Shown here: positions 27,030 to 39,146 of the stretch, piece after piece
Numbering within the stretch: the stretch's first letter is position 1
Layout: each line of letters opens with the position of its first letter
Source of the DNA: Lama guanicoe
Lineage: Eukaryota
Length of the DNA stretch: 64,000 bases
Assembly: GCA_013239625.1 (NCBI GenBank)
Contig: MU054323.1
Coordinates: 11,989,815 to 12,053,814, forward strand
Reading direction: 5' to 3'
Translations under genes and position numbers: made by a program
Notes under the pieces: generated by a model
What the model was told of the DNA's origin: nothing
The model's database searches: none
What the model saw: only the letters and a program-made list of their open reading frames with translations

Positions 27030-28525
27030 TATACATCTATACCAGATTTGTATGAGGCGGTTCAAAGTAGCATTATCCATAAAAGCTAAAAGTAAGAAAC
27101 AACCCAAATGGCCATCAAGCAGTGAAAAGAAAACAAAATACAGTCTAGCCACACAATGAATATTCTTCACCAATAAAAAGGAATGAGTCATCCATAGTGT
27201 GACATGGGTGAACTTCCAAAATACTATTCTGAGAGAAAAAAAGACTGCAGAGTATATGATTCTATACGAACTGAACACAAGAAGAAAATCTATAAAGACA
27301 GGAAGCAGATTAGTGGTTGTCTGGGCCAGAGGGATAGGAACAGAGATGACTACAAATGGGCATAAGAGATCATTTCGGGGTGATGGAAGTGTCCAAAAAC
27401 TGGATTGTGATAATGATATGCATGGCTCTTTAAATTCACCAAAAATCATTAAATTATGTGCAACTGACCCTTGAACCACACAGTTTTAACTGTGTTTATC
27501 CACTTATAAGTATATTTTTTCAATAAATATATTGGAAGATTTTTGGAGATATACAACAATTTGAAAAATCTCACAGATGATCCTCATCGGCTAGAAATAT
27601 CAAAAATTAAGAAAAAGTTAAGTATGGCATGAATGCATAAGATATATGTAGATACTAGCCTATCCTTACATAGCTGTAATGTGAGCAATATTTAATATAA
27701 AATTAATATGTTAGCTTTCTTACTGTTTTATACCTTTGCTTTTGAAGAATTAAATTACCATACAACGTGCCTCTCTGTTGCAGTTGGAGAAACTGTGTCA
27801 GCCTATCATCGCAAGTGAGTGGGTTTTTTAATGTAACAATATTCTCAATACTGTATTATGTATATGACTGTAACACTGTAGGCCATACAATTTTTGTAAT
27901 GATTTGTTCATTAGTGTGTGGGCTAGGCTACCCTGAAGCAATCACATCGATCACATTGGGCTACTGTTAAAGCAAATCACATTGCTTCTTCCTCATTATC
28001 AATGCATGGGTTGCTGTATCTGTAAATAAGTATGAATTTCTCTTTCACATTATCTTTTCATTGCTGATGTCTAGCGTTAGTGATACATGTAACACCTACA
28101 GTGTTTTGTATCATATAAGACAATACTGATGTAGGTACTTATAGACAGATGGTTTATCTTGTAAGCAGGCTACTTAAACTTACGGAATCCATAAATACAG
28201 TACAGTACTGTATTTTCTTTTCCTTATGGGTTTCTTAATAACATTTTCTTTCCTCTAACTTACTTTATTTTAAAAATACAGTATATAATATATATGATAT
28301 ACAAACCATGCGTTAATGGACTGTTTATATTATCAGTAAGGCTTCCAGTCAGCAGCAAGCTGTTGGTAGGTAAGTTCGGGAGAGTCAAAAGCTGTATGCG
28401 GATTTTCAGCTGCAGGGCAGGGCGGATAGTATCCCTAAGGCTTGCGTTGTTCAAGGGTCAACTACTCTTCAAATGGCTCAACTTTAGGGTATATAACCTA
28501 TATTTCAATTAAACTGTTTTAAAAA
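27030..28525 (+). mobile_element. Old L1M 3' fragment split by a Tigger insertion
   Basis: L1MB-like 3' end at 27030-27460 resumes at 28465-28525. Confidence 0.7.
27461..28464. mobile_element. Tigger2-family non-autonomous DNA transposon (~1 kb)
   Basis: TIRs caactgacccttgaaccac at left and gttgttcaagggtcaacta at right. Confidence 0.85.
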
Positions 28526-28977
28526 GTGGTAAATCAAGTCATTACTTAAAATTCAAACATCACAGAAAAGCATGACATGGACAATGACACCGTGAACCTC
28601 CTTAATCCCACCCAATCACTGTTTGGTGTATGTTCTATCAGAATTTTTTCATGCATATCATTACACACACACAAAAATTTAATATTATGTGCACACAGTG
28701 TCACCATACTATACATAGTGTTTCGTAACTGATTTTGCTTGCTTGGCAAAATATCTTGCACTAGAAGGATGACATTCTAGTCAGAGAAGTAATACGATCA
28801 TCTCTGTGCTTTAGAGATTAAGCAAGCATGGAGGACCTGAAGGTGAGGACCAAGTAGGAGACTACTGCAATAATAACAGGCAAGAATTGGGGACGCCTGT
28901 TCTGCATGTGCAAAAGGCTATGGGGCACACCCACAACCTCCCACTCACTCCGGGATGCAGGGGCAGGTCCTACGTAC

Positions 28978-29064
28978 ACTATGAGAGAGGTCCAGGCTGT
29001 TGCCGGCATTGCTGTAGTGATCCACCTCCAGAGCCACAATCTTCCCAGTCTTCATGAAGCCAAC
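28978..29064 (-). CDS. XDH: XDH exon 24 (87 nt)
   Basis: [29 protein letters not shown]. Confidence 0.96.
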
Positions 29065-30323
29065 CTGAGTCAAAGGAGAGGGAGTTCTCAACAGTCCCCT
29101 TCCTTTGTCTGCCTCTAACCATCTCCTCCCACTTATGCTACCCACAGGAAAGAGAAAGAACAAGACATCACACCATGAAAACAAGGAGAACTTAAAGGAT
29201 CACCAGACTTCACAGATGAAGAAGAGAGGAACCCACATCTTCCCAGTGATGTACCCTGGGCTCCTCCCCCTGGACACTCTTTCTCCCTACATCCTCCTTC
29301 TTCCTCCCTACTCCTGGCTTCCAGTTCTTCCAGAGGGCGTGAGGAGACAGAAAAGAGAACATTGGTCATGATAGGACAGGGAGGGGAAGGCTGGAAAGAG
29401 AAACTAGGAGAGAAACTGGAGATGCCTCTCACAGCTTTTGGACAGCAGACAATAAAAGTTACACTCTGCACAAACATGAATGTCCTTTTATATCCTTAAC
29501 CTCATGTTAACCATCTAAATAAACCCTTACAGACCATCTCATGAGTAAGGAAACTGGGACCCCAAAAGACCAAGTTACTTTCTTGGAGCCCACAAGAATT
29601 TGGGAATAAGAGAAATACAATCCCTTTTGGGAGTTAAATCGTGAAACAAAAGTCAGAAGAGGCCAAGGAGTAGATGTTCAGAGCCAGCTTGTGGAGAGAG
29701 AAGGCTCCCAGGTTTATAGAGCTAGACTAGGACCTGTAAGGTTATACTGGTGTGCAGAGGGAAAGACGCATGGTCAGAACAGGAGCTGGCCATCCACAGA
29801 AGCCTAGAAAAGGGACAGTCCCACAGAGAACCTGGGCAGTGCCCAGCCATACATGGTCTAGCAGAGCAGATGCCCTAACAGCTTATACCTGTCCAGGCCC
29901 CTGGGAAGTTGTATTTCTCATTGCAAATCACAAATTACTAAGTGGTCATTCTGACTTTTACATCAGGCTGTAAACACATCAACATTAGGTCATCCTGCAG
30001 GATGAATTTAGCCCAGATCTGCTGATAAATCATGTTTCTGAGCCTGAGTGGACAAAGACCAGATTTGGACCATAGCAAATTCACAAAAGTCATGCACAAC
30101 ACCCTGGGACATCTCCTGGGAGGTAGCCCGCCAGCCTCCCCCAGCTTCACCCTTCTGTGCTGCTGTTGGCTGCTTTGAATTTCTCTCCTTGCTCTTTCTT
30201 CTTTGAACGTCTACAGGGAGTCATAAAAAACATCAGAGTACATCCCAGGATCCCTGAATCTTCACCCACAGTTTCCTAAGCAGATGGCACTGCCTGCCCG
30301 GAACAGCCCCCGACATCTAGAAC

Positions 30324-30411
30324 CTTGTATCTGGCCAAGAAGGGATGTCTGCCACCGGTTATCAGCATGTCCTCATCCCGGTCCAGCATGCAGCGCACAG
30401 GGCGGCCGGTC
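30324..30411 (-). CDS. XDH: XDH exon 23 (88 nt)
   Basis: [29 protein letters not shown]. Confidence 0.95.
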
Positions 30412-30822
30412 CTGAGGGAAGCACCAGAAGGTAAGAAACCTCTACAACAGCCCAGCCCAGTGAGTCTCAGGGATGCAAACAGCAAGGAAGCACTCTTCTT
30501 CCACCTGGCACACTGAGCAGAGTGCACTGGCCTGCTTCGTTGTCTAGACACTGTTCTGGACAAGGTAGGGAGTAGATGGGTGAGGTGTGTCCTTGCCATT
30601 GGGGCCCTCCCTGCCAAGTAGGGGAGATAGGGCATGGACACATGTGTCTGAACACAAGAACCAGGTGATGTTGCCCTCACCCCTATACCCAAGAGTTCTA
30701 AAAACAGAGGGCTGGGAAAATTCAAAGCAACAAGTATTTACTTCCCAAAGAGGGAAATCCAGGAAGACTTCCTGCCAGAGGCATCCTTATTCTTCTTCCC
30801 AGAGCCCACTGGGGGAACTCAC

Positions 30823-30956
30823 TTGTATGCAGCCAGGGCCACTGCCACAGTCATCACGATACCCCGGGTCTCCTTCCCTCCAAAGCCTCCTCCCATTCTC
30901 TTCACTCGGACCAAAATCCGGTTTACTGGAACCCCCAACATGTTTGCAACAGAAGA
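30823..30956 (-). CDS. XDH: XDH exon 22 (134 nt), Glu802
   Basis: [44 protein letters not shown]. Confidence 0.96.
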
Positions 30957-31708
30957 CTGTGGGCGAAAGAACAAAACACTCCCAATGAATGCAGCATCTG
31001 GACTTACTCCTTCCCTGACTCAGAGCCTGCCCAACACGCAGAAGCCTAAGTACTGCTGTGAATTCTGAGACTCCTTGCTTTGAGAATCCCCTTCCTGCCC
31101 CAGGGCAGCCCCTGGGTAGGTGCTATGGCCCGGTGCTTATCAGTCACCGCAACCACCACACTGGACTCAGACTCTTGTTTTTTGGGTTTTTTTGTTTTTT
31201 TTTTTCAGACTCTTGTTTTTAACTGAAGGGGTGAGCAGCTGGTTATAGCATACTTTCAGAGCCAAAACTGATTCCATTTGGCAGGAACTGGTGGGTCATG
31301 AGGGTAGACCGGCTGTCAAAAACACTGGCGACCACTGTCATATTACATGCCACAGGGACATGGGGAATATGTGAGCTACTGCAGATAATTTAGTGGTCCC
31401 TGTGGCTATCACTTAGTACAACCCCCTCATTTAACAGATGAGGAAACTGAGGCTGGATATGATTTGACCCATGCAATATGGCACTGGAATGATAAACGCT
31501 AAACTTTTCTAGGTTCTGTACACGTATTAAAGTTCACTTAATCATTACAGCATCCCTGCCAGGCCCCATTTTACAGATGAGAACGGTTACAGAACAAGCT
31601 CGGTGACACCAGCTTTTTGGTCACCGAGCCTGGCTCCTCAAATCCCCTCCTGAGCCAGCCTAGACCTCCCTCTTCCCAGGTCCCTGGGCCGACTCACAGG
31701 ACACCTAC

Positions 31709-31833
31709 CTGGGCCTTCATGGCGTTCTGTGTAGACACAAAGAGCTCCATCTCCCCTGCCTCACCTTTCGGGACAGCAACGGTGCAGTGAGTCTCCAGGT
31801 AGAAGTGCTCTTGGCCACCGATGTACAACTCAC
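31709..31833 (-). CDS. XDH: XDH exon 21 (125 nt), Gln767
   Basis: [42 protein letters not shown]. Confidence 0.96.
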
Positions 31834-32732
31834 CTGGGGAAGAAACAAGACTTCCCATATAGTCAGCCCAATGCTGCAAAGGCAGTGAGTTTGCTTAAGG
31901 AGAGAATGTACTCATCCAGGGCCCTGGGCAGGAGCCAACTGTTCACAGGTGAACTTCCAGTTGCCCAACTCGCGTAGGAAAGGGTCTCAAAGTCATAGCC
32001 ATCTAGGAGCTGAACCCGTGACCCCAACAAAGAAACTAGAACGACACTGAAATGCATCAGGTGTGAAGGTCCCTTCTCACTGCAGCCAGTGGAAATCAAA
32101 GATTTTTAAACTATCATTATAAAATTTGGGAAAAAGTAAAAAAAGATTAACAGATGCAATTGAGAAGCTGAAAATAAATAGCATCTTCCACAGCTCAGGC
32201 TATCAGGTCAGTTGGAATGGTGGCTTACTAGTAACTTAGCAAGGCACAAAAGCGAACGTAGAAAACAGTCCCCAAAGGGGGCTGATTGGCAGCCTTGCCC
32301 TGGGGTGAGAGCTCTGGACCTAATCTCACAGTAGGGGAGGAAGAAGGGGAGGAGAGGAGAGGACACTAGCTGAAGGTGGGTGAGGACTGCCTCGAGGCAG
32401 ATGAGGAGGACTGGGAGTCTGTCTAGCTGGAGGCCTGGCAGACCCAAGGCTGATCAGGCGTCTGCGACCCTTATCTTCCCTAGATGGTCTTCCAAATCCA
32501 ACACACTATGATCTCTCCAGACTCACTTAGGTGTGTCCAGTCTAGAGACAGGAGAGTGGAGATTAAGATGCTGAAGCTTTTCTCACCCACTTGTCTAGTA
32601 TTTTGTTACAAACTTCAGGGAGACTTCTTTGTGAGGAAATCACTCCCCTGCTCCAGGGCCAAGGTACAGCTGCTGGATTTAACTCATAAACTAGGGCCAT
32701 GCCACCCCGACTGCGACCTGCTGCAGCTGTAC

Positions 32733-32829
32733 CTGAAACAACGTTATCCGCTTCCGAAAACCCCTTCTTGAGGTCTCCTTTCTCGATCTTCAACTCAGAT
32801 CCATAAAAGGAGTTGTTTTTTATAGCATC
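32733..32829 (-). CDS. XDH: XDH exon 20 (97 nt)
   Basis: [32 protein letters not shown]. Confidence 0.96.
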
Positions 32830-33301
32830 CTGAAGATTAAAAAGAAGCTTCAGTGCCTTGGCTTTCAAGGGGTGGAAGGTGGTTTCTGATTGGGGAAGGA
32901 AGCTCTTGGAATTGTAACCTCTCTCTCCTCGCATAAGTCACACAGGCATCTCCATCAGTTTCTTATATAGACTTGAAGTAAGTTCAGTTGTAGCCCAGGG
33001 TGTCCTATTTCTCCATTCCCTCTGATACAAAGGGACAACCCTGGATCTTGAGGAAAAGCAAAGAATCCCTCACAGTTGGAATTGTCATTGGGAAGGAAAA
33101 AGTTGGCTTGGCCATTAGTGGACTGAGTCTAGGATCATGATGAGGAAGGATCCATGGGACCACATAATCACAGGGCTGGAGGAGACTTAAAACCTACCTA
33201 GTCCCACCTGTTGCTTGAATCTCCACTAGAGGCTCCTAATAAAGGTGCCTCCAGGGACAGGTAGCTCACCCCTCTCCACAGGCAGCCCATTCCCCAGTTA
33301 C

Positions 33302-33421
33302 CTCAATCGTGATAATGGCTGGAAGGTCTTCATAGGAGACTTTAACCCCATGGGCAGCTCTCTGTGTGTGTTCTGGGGTGTCAGCAACCACAGCGCCAAC
33401 GACATGCCCAACACAAGTGAC
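33302..33421 (-). CDS. XDH: XDH exon 19 (120 nt)
   Basis: [40 protein letters not shown]. Confidence 0.96.
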
Positions 33422-34270
33422 CTGGGAGCAGAGCCAGACTACTCAAGAACATAACACACTCCTCATGAAGCAAGTTATTTTGGACTGCTCAAAAAAGCAA
33501 GGAAAGTCCCTGACAATTTTTTTGGAATGTCCTGGAGACTTTTCATTTTCTTATCCTATTTGAGGTTTTGTGCTTCTTCATAAGTGTTTAGAATCAGCAG
33601 AACTGAAATAGGATAACTAGTATCAGGATGACAAACTTGCTTCATCTCAAGGGCCGATTCTGATGATTTAGTACTGGCACCCTATTGAGAAACTGCCCAG
33701 GATAAAATGTGGTGATTGATTAGCAATGTCTGCCATGAGGAGCAAAATGGAAGGTATGGCACCATGAGGTGTAGCTGTCAACTCAGACCTACCCCAACAC
33801 CCTCATCCTTCATATGAAGAGATGGAGACCAGGACAGCAAGATCACAATTGGCTTGTTACTAGGCCATGACTAAATCTTAGGCCCTGATTCCCAGTTTTA
33901 TTTTCTTTCTATCACCCCACTCTCTTTTATCTCCTGTTTCTCAAATTTATACTAGAAGCTTCTCTAAGGCAGCAATCATATCTTATATTTCATCTAGATG
34001 CTTCAAAGCAGTAGTTGCTAAATGCTGGTGCTCATACTTAATGACCCATAAACCAAATTTTTCATGGTTAGATTTGTAAAATAATTAATGATTATTGTTT
34101 TCTTTTCATTTAGTAAATTCCATTCCTATAAAAACTTAGTTGATTTCTTTCAGGGATAATTTTTTCCAACATCTCCACAAAAATAAACCAAAAACACATC
34201 ACTTTGGAATATGAGATTTCTGATATCCAATAAGAACCAATACTTAACATGTCTGTCTCTGAAAATTACC

Positions 34271-34940
34271 TTTTTTATTGAAGTATAATTGGTTTACAGT
34301 CTTGTATTAATTTCTGATATATAGCATAGTGATTCAGTTTTTATATATATATATATATGTATAAAATAGGCTATTACAAGGTATTGAATATAGTTCCCTG
34401 TGCTACACAGTAGGATTTTGGCATTTATCTATTTTATATATAATAATTAGTATCTGCAAATCCCAAACTCCCATTTTATCCCTCCAGCCTCTCCTTTCCC
34501 CATGGTAACCATACATTTGTTTTTTATGTCTGTGAGTCTGTTTCTGTTTTGTAAATAAGTTCATTTGTGTCATTTTTTTTTAGATTCCACATATAAGTGA
34601 TATCATATGGTATTTTTCTTTCTCTTTCTGGCTTACTTCACTTGGTATGACTCTCCAGGTCCATCCATGTTGCTGTAAATGGTATTATGTTATTTTTATG
34701 GCTGAGTAGTATTCCACTGTATGTATATACTACATCTTCCTCATCTATTCATCTGTCAATGGACATTTAGGTTGTTTTCATGTCTTGGCTATTATACATA
34801 GTGCTGCTATGAACATTACAGTGCATGTATCTCTTTGAATTAGAGTTTCCTTTGGATATATGCCCAGGAGTGGGATTGCTGGATCATATAGTAAGTCTAT
34901 TTCTAATTTTTTAAGGAATCTCCATTCTGTTTTCCATAAT
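34271..34940 (-). mobile_element. L1 3' fragment (end of ORF2 plus 3'UTR)
   Basis: Reverse complement resembles the L1 at 1-1433 (tagattccacatataagtgat; cccaggagtgggattgctggatcata). Confidence 0.88.
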
Positions 34941-35759
34941 CTGGTAAGTTATTGGCACAGTGACTGTTGAACTGGTCTGATTCTCACTAACCATAATGCT
35001 AATAATGGTCTTAGAGGCTCTTGAAGTTTGTAAAGCAATTTGTCTTCTATCAGATACTCTCCTTTTGGAGTCCCTGTCTCAGGGTTACAGTTTTTCATTC
35101 TCTCCTTCACTTGTATGTCAATAAGGTGAATTTGTACTTCAGCAACACCTACCCACCTCCAATTTGCACCATGTGATCTGTATTGGAATTGTAAAATGAC
35201 TGACAACTATCCTTAAGTATATGGATTTTTATAGCAGCTGTCTTGAATGTTTGGAATTCTTTTTTGGCAGAACTCCCTATACGGTTGAAATCAATATAGA
35301 TGAACTTTCATGTAAGTGAATTATCAATATACATAGTGGTGATATTGTAATTATAATTTTTATTCCGGTTAGCTTCTTTAATGCATTTTTACTTTTTTTT
35401 AACTTTCTTTTAATAAAGAAGCTTAATATTGTACCCTTAAGAATCTGACTGTTAAAATACAATCACTAGACATTTTTTAATGCAACTTTGGCATGGAGTC
35501 ATCCTATTATGTATTATACTATGTACAAGCAGCAGCCATCAATTAAATATGTAAATAAACACTAAGTAAAAAGTAAAAGTGCTATCAGGTATATTCTGTT
35601 CCTTTCCTGATTGTCCAAATACTGGCTAATTGGATAATGCCCACAATATGTGCAAATGCATAATTTTTTCAAGATTAGAGATTTGGAGGAATGAACACAA
35701 ATTAAAACTTAAATACTCATTCCACTAACTTCATATTTTAAAAAAAATCCAAGACATAC

Positions 35760-35883
35760 CTTATCCTTCGCAAAGACTGTTTCATCATTAAAAAGTCCAG
35801 TTTTGTTACTCCCAGGAATATCATCAGCGGAGAGAAAGCAAACAAACCCTGGCACCTTCTGAGCTTCTGAAATATCTATGGAC
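35760..35883 (-). CDS. XDH: XDH exon 18 (124 nt)
   Basis: [41 protein letters not shown]. Confidence 0.96.
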
Positions 35884-37290
35884 CTGCAGGAGTGAGCAGT
35901 GTGAGGAGCCAGGGAGGGAAACTGAAGCAGAAGACCTGTCACCTGACAAAATGCTGGACTACACTGCACTTCCACCTTATACATCAACAATTTTCCCAGA
36001 AGATTGAATAATAGAGATTTCTGAAATATCTTCAGCTGTGTCTGTGTATCTTATAAATCTTGCTCCTTGCAGTTCCCCACCCAGTACCACCCATCCCTTC
36101 ATAGGAAGAACAGATACCATCATCTAGAACAGGGATCTATGCCCTCAAGGGTCTGCTGATACAATCCAAGGATCCATGAACTTAAATGGAAGAAAATTTT
36201 CATCTTCAAAAAAACAAAAAAGGTCCATCACCCAATTGGATAACACTGTCTTCTTTTTGACAGTTTTTCCTCCACCCTAATTCTTCCCTTTTCTACCTCC
36301 CATCCTATCCTGCAAATGTTGATTAAATGCTTACCATGTGGAGGCCACTGTGCTGAGTGCTGCAGGGGATATAAGATGAATAGGACAGGTCTGCCCCGAT
36401 GGTCCTTGTATAATGCCCTGCTCTGGTCTCCAAGTACAAGTATCCAAATCACACGAGTGGTGTTTACTCTGGAGAGCTCCAACCAAGCCCACATCACAGC
36501 TAATACCCAACCAGGATCAGCACATTAGGGCCCTTGCTGTACCACCCAGATTCCTCATCTAGAACATGGGAATAATAAGATCTGCCTACATGAGTACGAT
36601 GAGGAATAAATTAGCCAATACATGTAAAAAGCTTCAAACCAGGCTGCAGCAAATATTAAGTGTGATATGAGTCTTCTATAGTAATAATCATATAATAATA
36701 CATTATTATTATTACTATTATTATTATAGAGGTGATAATTCTTGCCATTTGGGCTCTCAAAATTCAATAAATATATATGTGACTATTCTCTGTTGGGTCC
36801 TTCATGGACACTATTGCTGATCCTCAAAAAATAGCCAATTACATATGGGAAAAAATGAGAGCTTAAGCACACAGGCCAAGGTCACAGTTGCTAAGCACAG
36901 TCACAGGGATTCAATGCCAAGTCTGTCATACTCTAAGGCCTCATTCTTCCCTTGAGTGCTGACTCAAGTTCTTCTGAAGATCTGCATTGAAGTTTAGCCC
37001 AATATCCACAGTGCAGATCTAAGAAAGGCCTTTTAGCAGCTCCTCCTTGCTTTGTGGGCCAAGTGGAATGTCCCTATTCAGTACTCTAAGGCCTTCCTGA
37101 TCTAGGCCCGGCCTTCCTGATCTGAGCCTTGCCTACCTCTCCAATATCATCCCCCCGCCCTCCCAGGCACGAGTGAGCCCCTAAGTCTCCTGCTCTCTCC
37201 AGACTGCTTTCAAGATGAGTTCCCACATTCCTCTGTGCCTGGCAGGGTGCTGCTGGTGCCCTTCTCCCTGAGTGTCTTTACTGCACTCAC

Positions 37291-37460
37291 TTGATCTTGG
37301 CGTGGGCCTGGGTGCTGGTGACCAGCCGGAGAAACAGCTCATTCTCAAAGCAAGGGATGTCATCACAGTACACGGCCTCCCCAGAGGCCTGCATGGCCGC
37401 GGCCAGATGGGGCAGGGGCCGGCCCACCATGTCCTCCTCAGACTGACCCTTGGGCACCTC
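37291..37460 (-). CDS. XDH: XDH exon 17 (170 nt)
   Basis: [56 protein letters not shown]. Confidence 0.96.
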
Positions 37461-37646
37461 CTGGAACAACATGGTCACCAGTCAGGCTGAGCTGCAGAGG
37501 ACACTACAGGCCCAGGGAAACCATGGAGAGCCTCAGGCCAAGCAAATGTGAGAAGTGAGAATGGAGGAGGCAGTGGGGGCACAGGACAAAGGAAGCAGAA
37601 AGGCAGGTAAGAAGTCATTGAGAAGGGTGGTCACAGAATCACTATA

Positions 37647-37802
37647 CAATCATCCATAGGTATCCACAGAGATTGGTTCCAGGATCCCACTTCCATGGGT
37701 ACCAAATTCCGTGGATGCTCAAGTCCCTTATATAAAATGGTGTAGTGCAGTCAGCCCTCTATACCCACGGATTTCACATCCACACATATAGAGGGCTGAC
37801 TG
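37647..37802. mobile_element. Tigger-family MITE (MER2-like), flanked by TA
   Basis: ggattggttccagg / ggatgctcaagtcccttatataaaatgg motifs; perfect 16-bp inverted repeat 37748-37763 / 37787-37802. Confidence 0.75.
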
Positions 37803-38477
37803 TATATCGGACAAATGAAAAAGGAACCTACATGTCCATTCGGTGAGGATTGGGTAAATAAACTATGCTATGCTCATGCTACGGAATAGCATACAACCGT
37901 TAAAACATACTTTTGAAGAACTTTAATTAGAAGGAAAGAAGGCTCATGTTACGTGTAAAAACAGGACATACAACATTGTGCATGTGTATATATAATATTT
38001 CAAATTCCGTAGGAAAAATATGTTATAAATACAGTAGAAACATGTCTATATATGGATAGGAAAAAAATGGAAGGAAGTAAATAAACGTAATGATGTTCTC
38101 TTAGAGGTGGGGTCTGGGATGATTTTTATTTTCTTCTTTATACTTTTCTATATTTCTCAAAATGTTCTAAAATGTATTCAGTTTATAATAAAATGCTGTT
38201 TTGTGTGTTTTTTTCAAAGTAATAATAACGATGGTTGGTATTTATCGAGTGTTTACTGTATGCCAGGAACCATCTAAGCTATTTACTTTTACTAACCCAA
38301 TGCTGTAAAACAGGGGCCGTAAGTACCCACATTTGCGTCTGGGCATAATTAACTTACCCAAGACCCACAGAGAGGAAGTAACTTGTCCAAGGTTACACTG
38401 TCATATAATGGCAGAGGTTAGATTCACGTCCTGGTCATTAGGCCCAGGGTTCATGCTTTGGACCATTACACTCTAGA

Positions 38478-38685
38478 GCAAGGGTCTACAGACTGTGGAC
38501 CATGGGCCAAACCTGGCCCATTCCCTGTTTCTATAAATAAAGTTTTATTGGTACATAGCCCCACGCATTCATTTGCGTATTGCCTCTGGCCCCTTTTGTG
38601 CTATAATGATATAGCTGAGAAATTGCAGCAGGGACTACATGGCCCAGAAAATCCAAAATGTTTATAGGAAAAGCTGACACTTTAC
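38478..38685. mobile_element. MER58A-like hAT MITE
   Basis: tgggccaaacctggccca...ataaataaagttttattggtacatagcc. Confidence 0.75.
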
Positions 38686-38719
38686 CTAAGTACTCTCAAG
38701 AAGTTCCTGTTGATAGAAA

Positions 38720-38746
38720 TTTGTTTTGTTTTGTTTTGTTTTGTTT
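38720..38746. repeat. (TTTTG)n microsatellite
   Basis: About five tandem units. Confidence 0.85.
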
Positions 38747-39062
38747 ACATGTTCAAGAGAACTCCTGGTTTTATACATCAGTCCCACAGAGGAACCAGAA
38801 AAGACAAAACGGAAAAAAAAGTTTTTTTCTTTAAGGAGGAGGTGAAGATGAGAGTAATCCAAAGAGAGAAATTTAGGTGAGCCAGTGAGGAAATAGCTTC
38901 ATCGGCATTAACATAATTCCCATTTTCTTCAGATATGTATGCACAACAGTAAGGAGCTTTAGGCACCCACATTCAATGTGAAATGGTCATCACCAACGAT
39001 CAGCATCATCTAAGGTGTCCTGTGAGGGTCCCTGATCCTAGCTGTATACAGTCTGTACTCAC

Positions 39063-39146
39063 TTGGAAGAGCTGGACATTGGCAGGAGGGTCTTTATGAA
39101 AGAGTAAGGTGGCGCTGGCATAGGTGGGGTCCAGTTTACCACACGT
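39063..39146 (-). CDS. XDH: XDH exon 16 (84 nt), contains Cys535 and Phe549
   Basis: [28 protein letters not shown]. Confidence 0.96.

Noticed and set aside
37090..37128. 20-bp tandem duplication (ggccttcctgatct...)
   Set aside because: A two-copy local slippage event with no sign of function, and not a CRISPR-like array.
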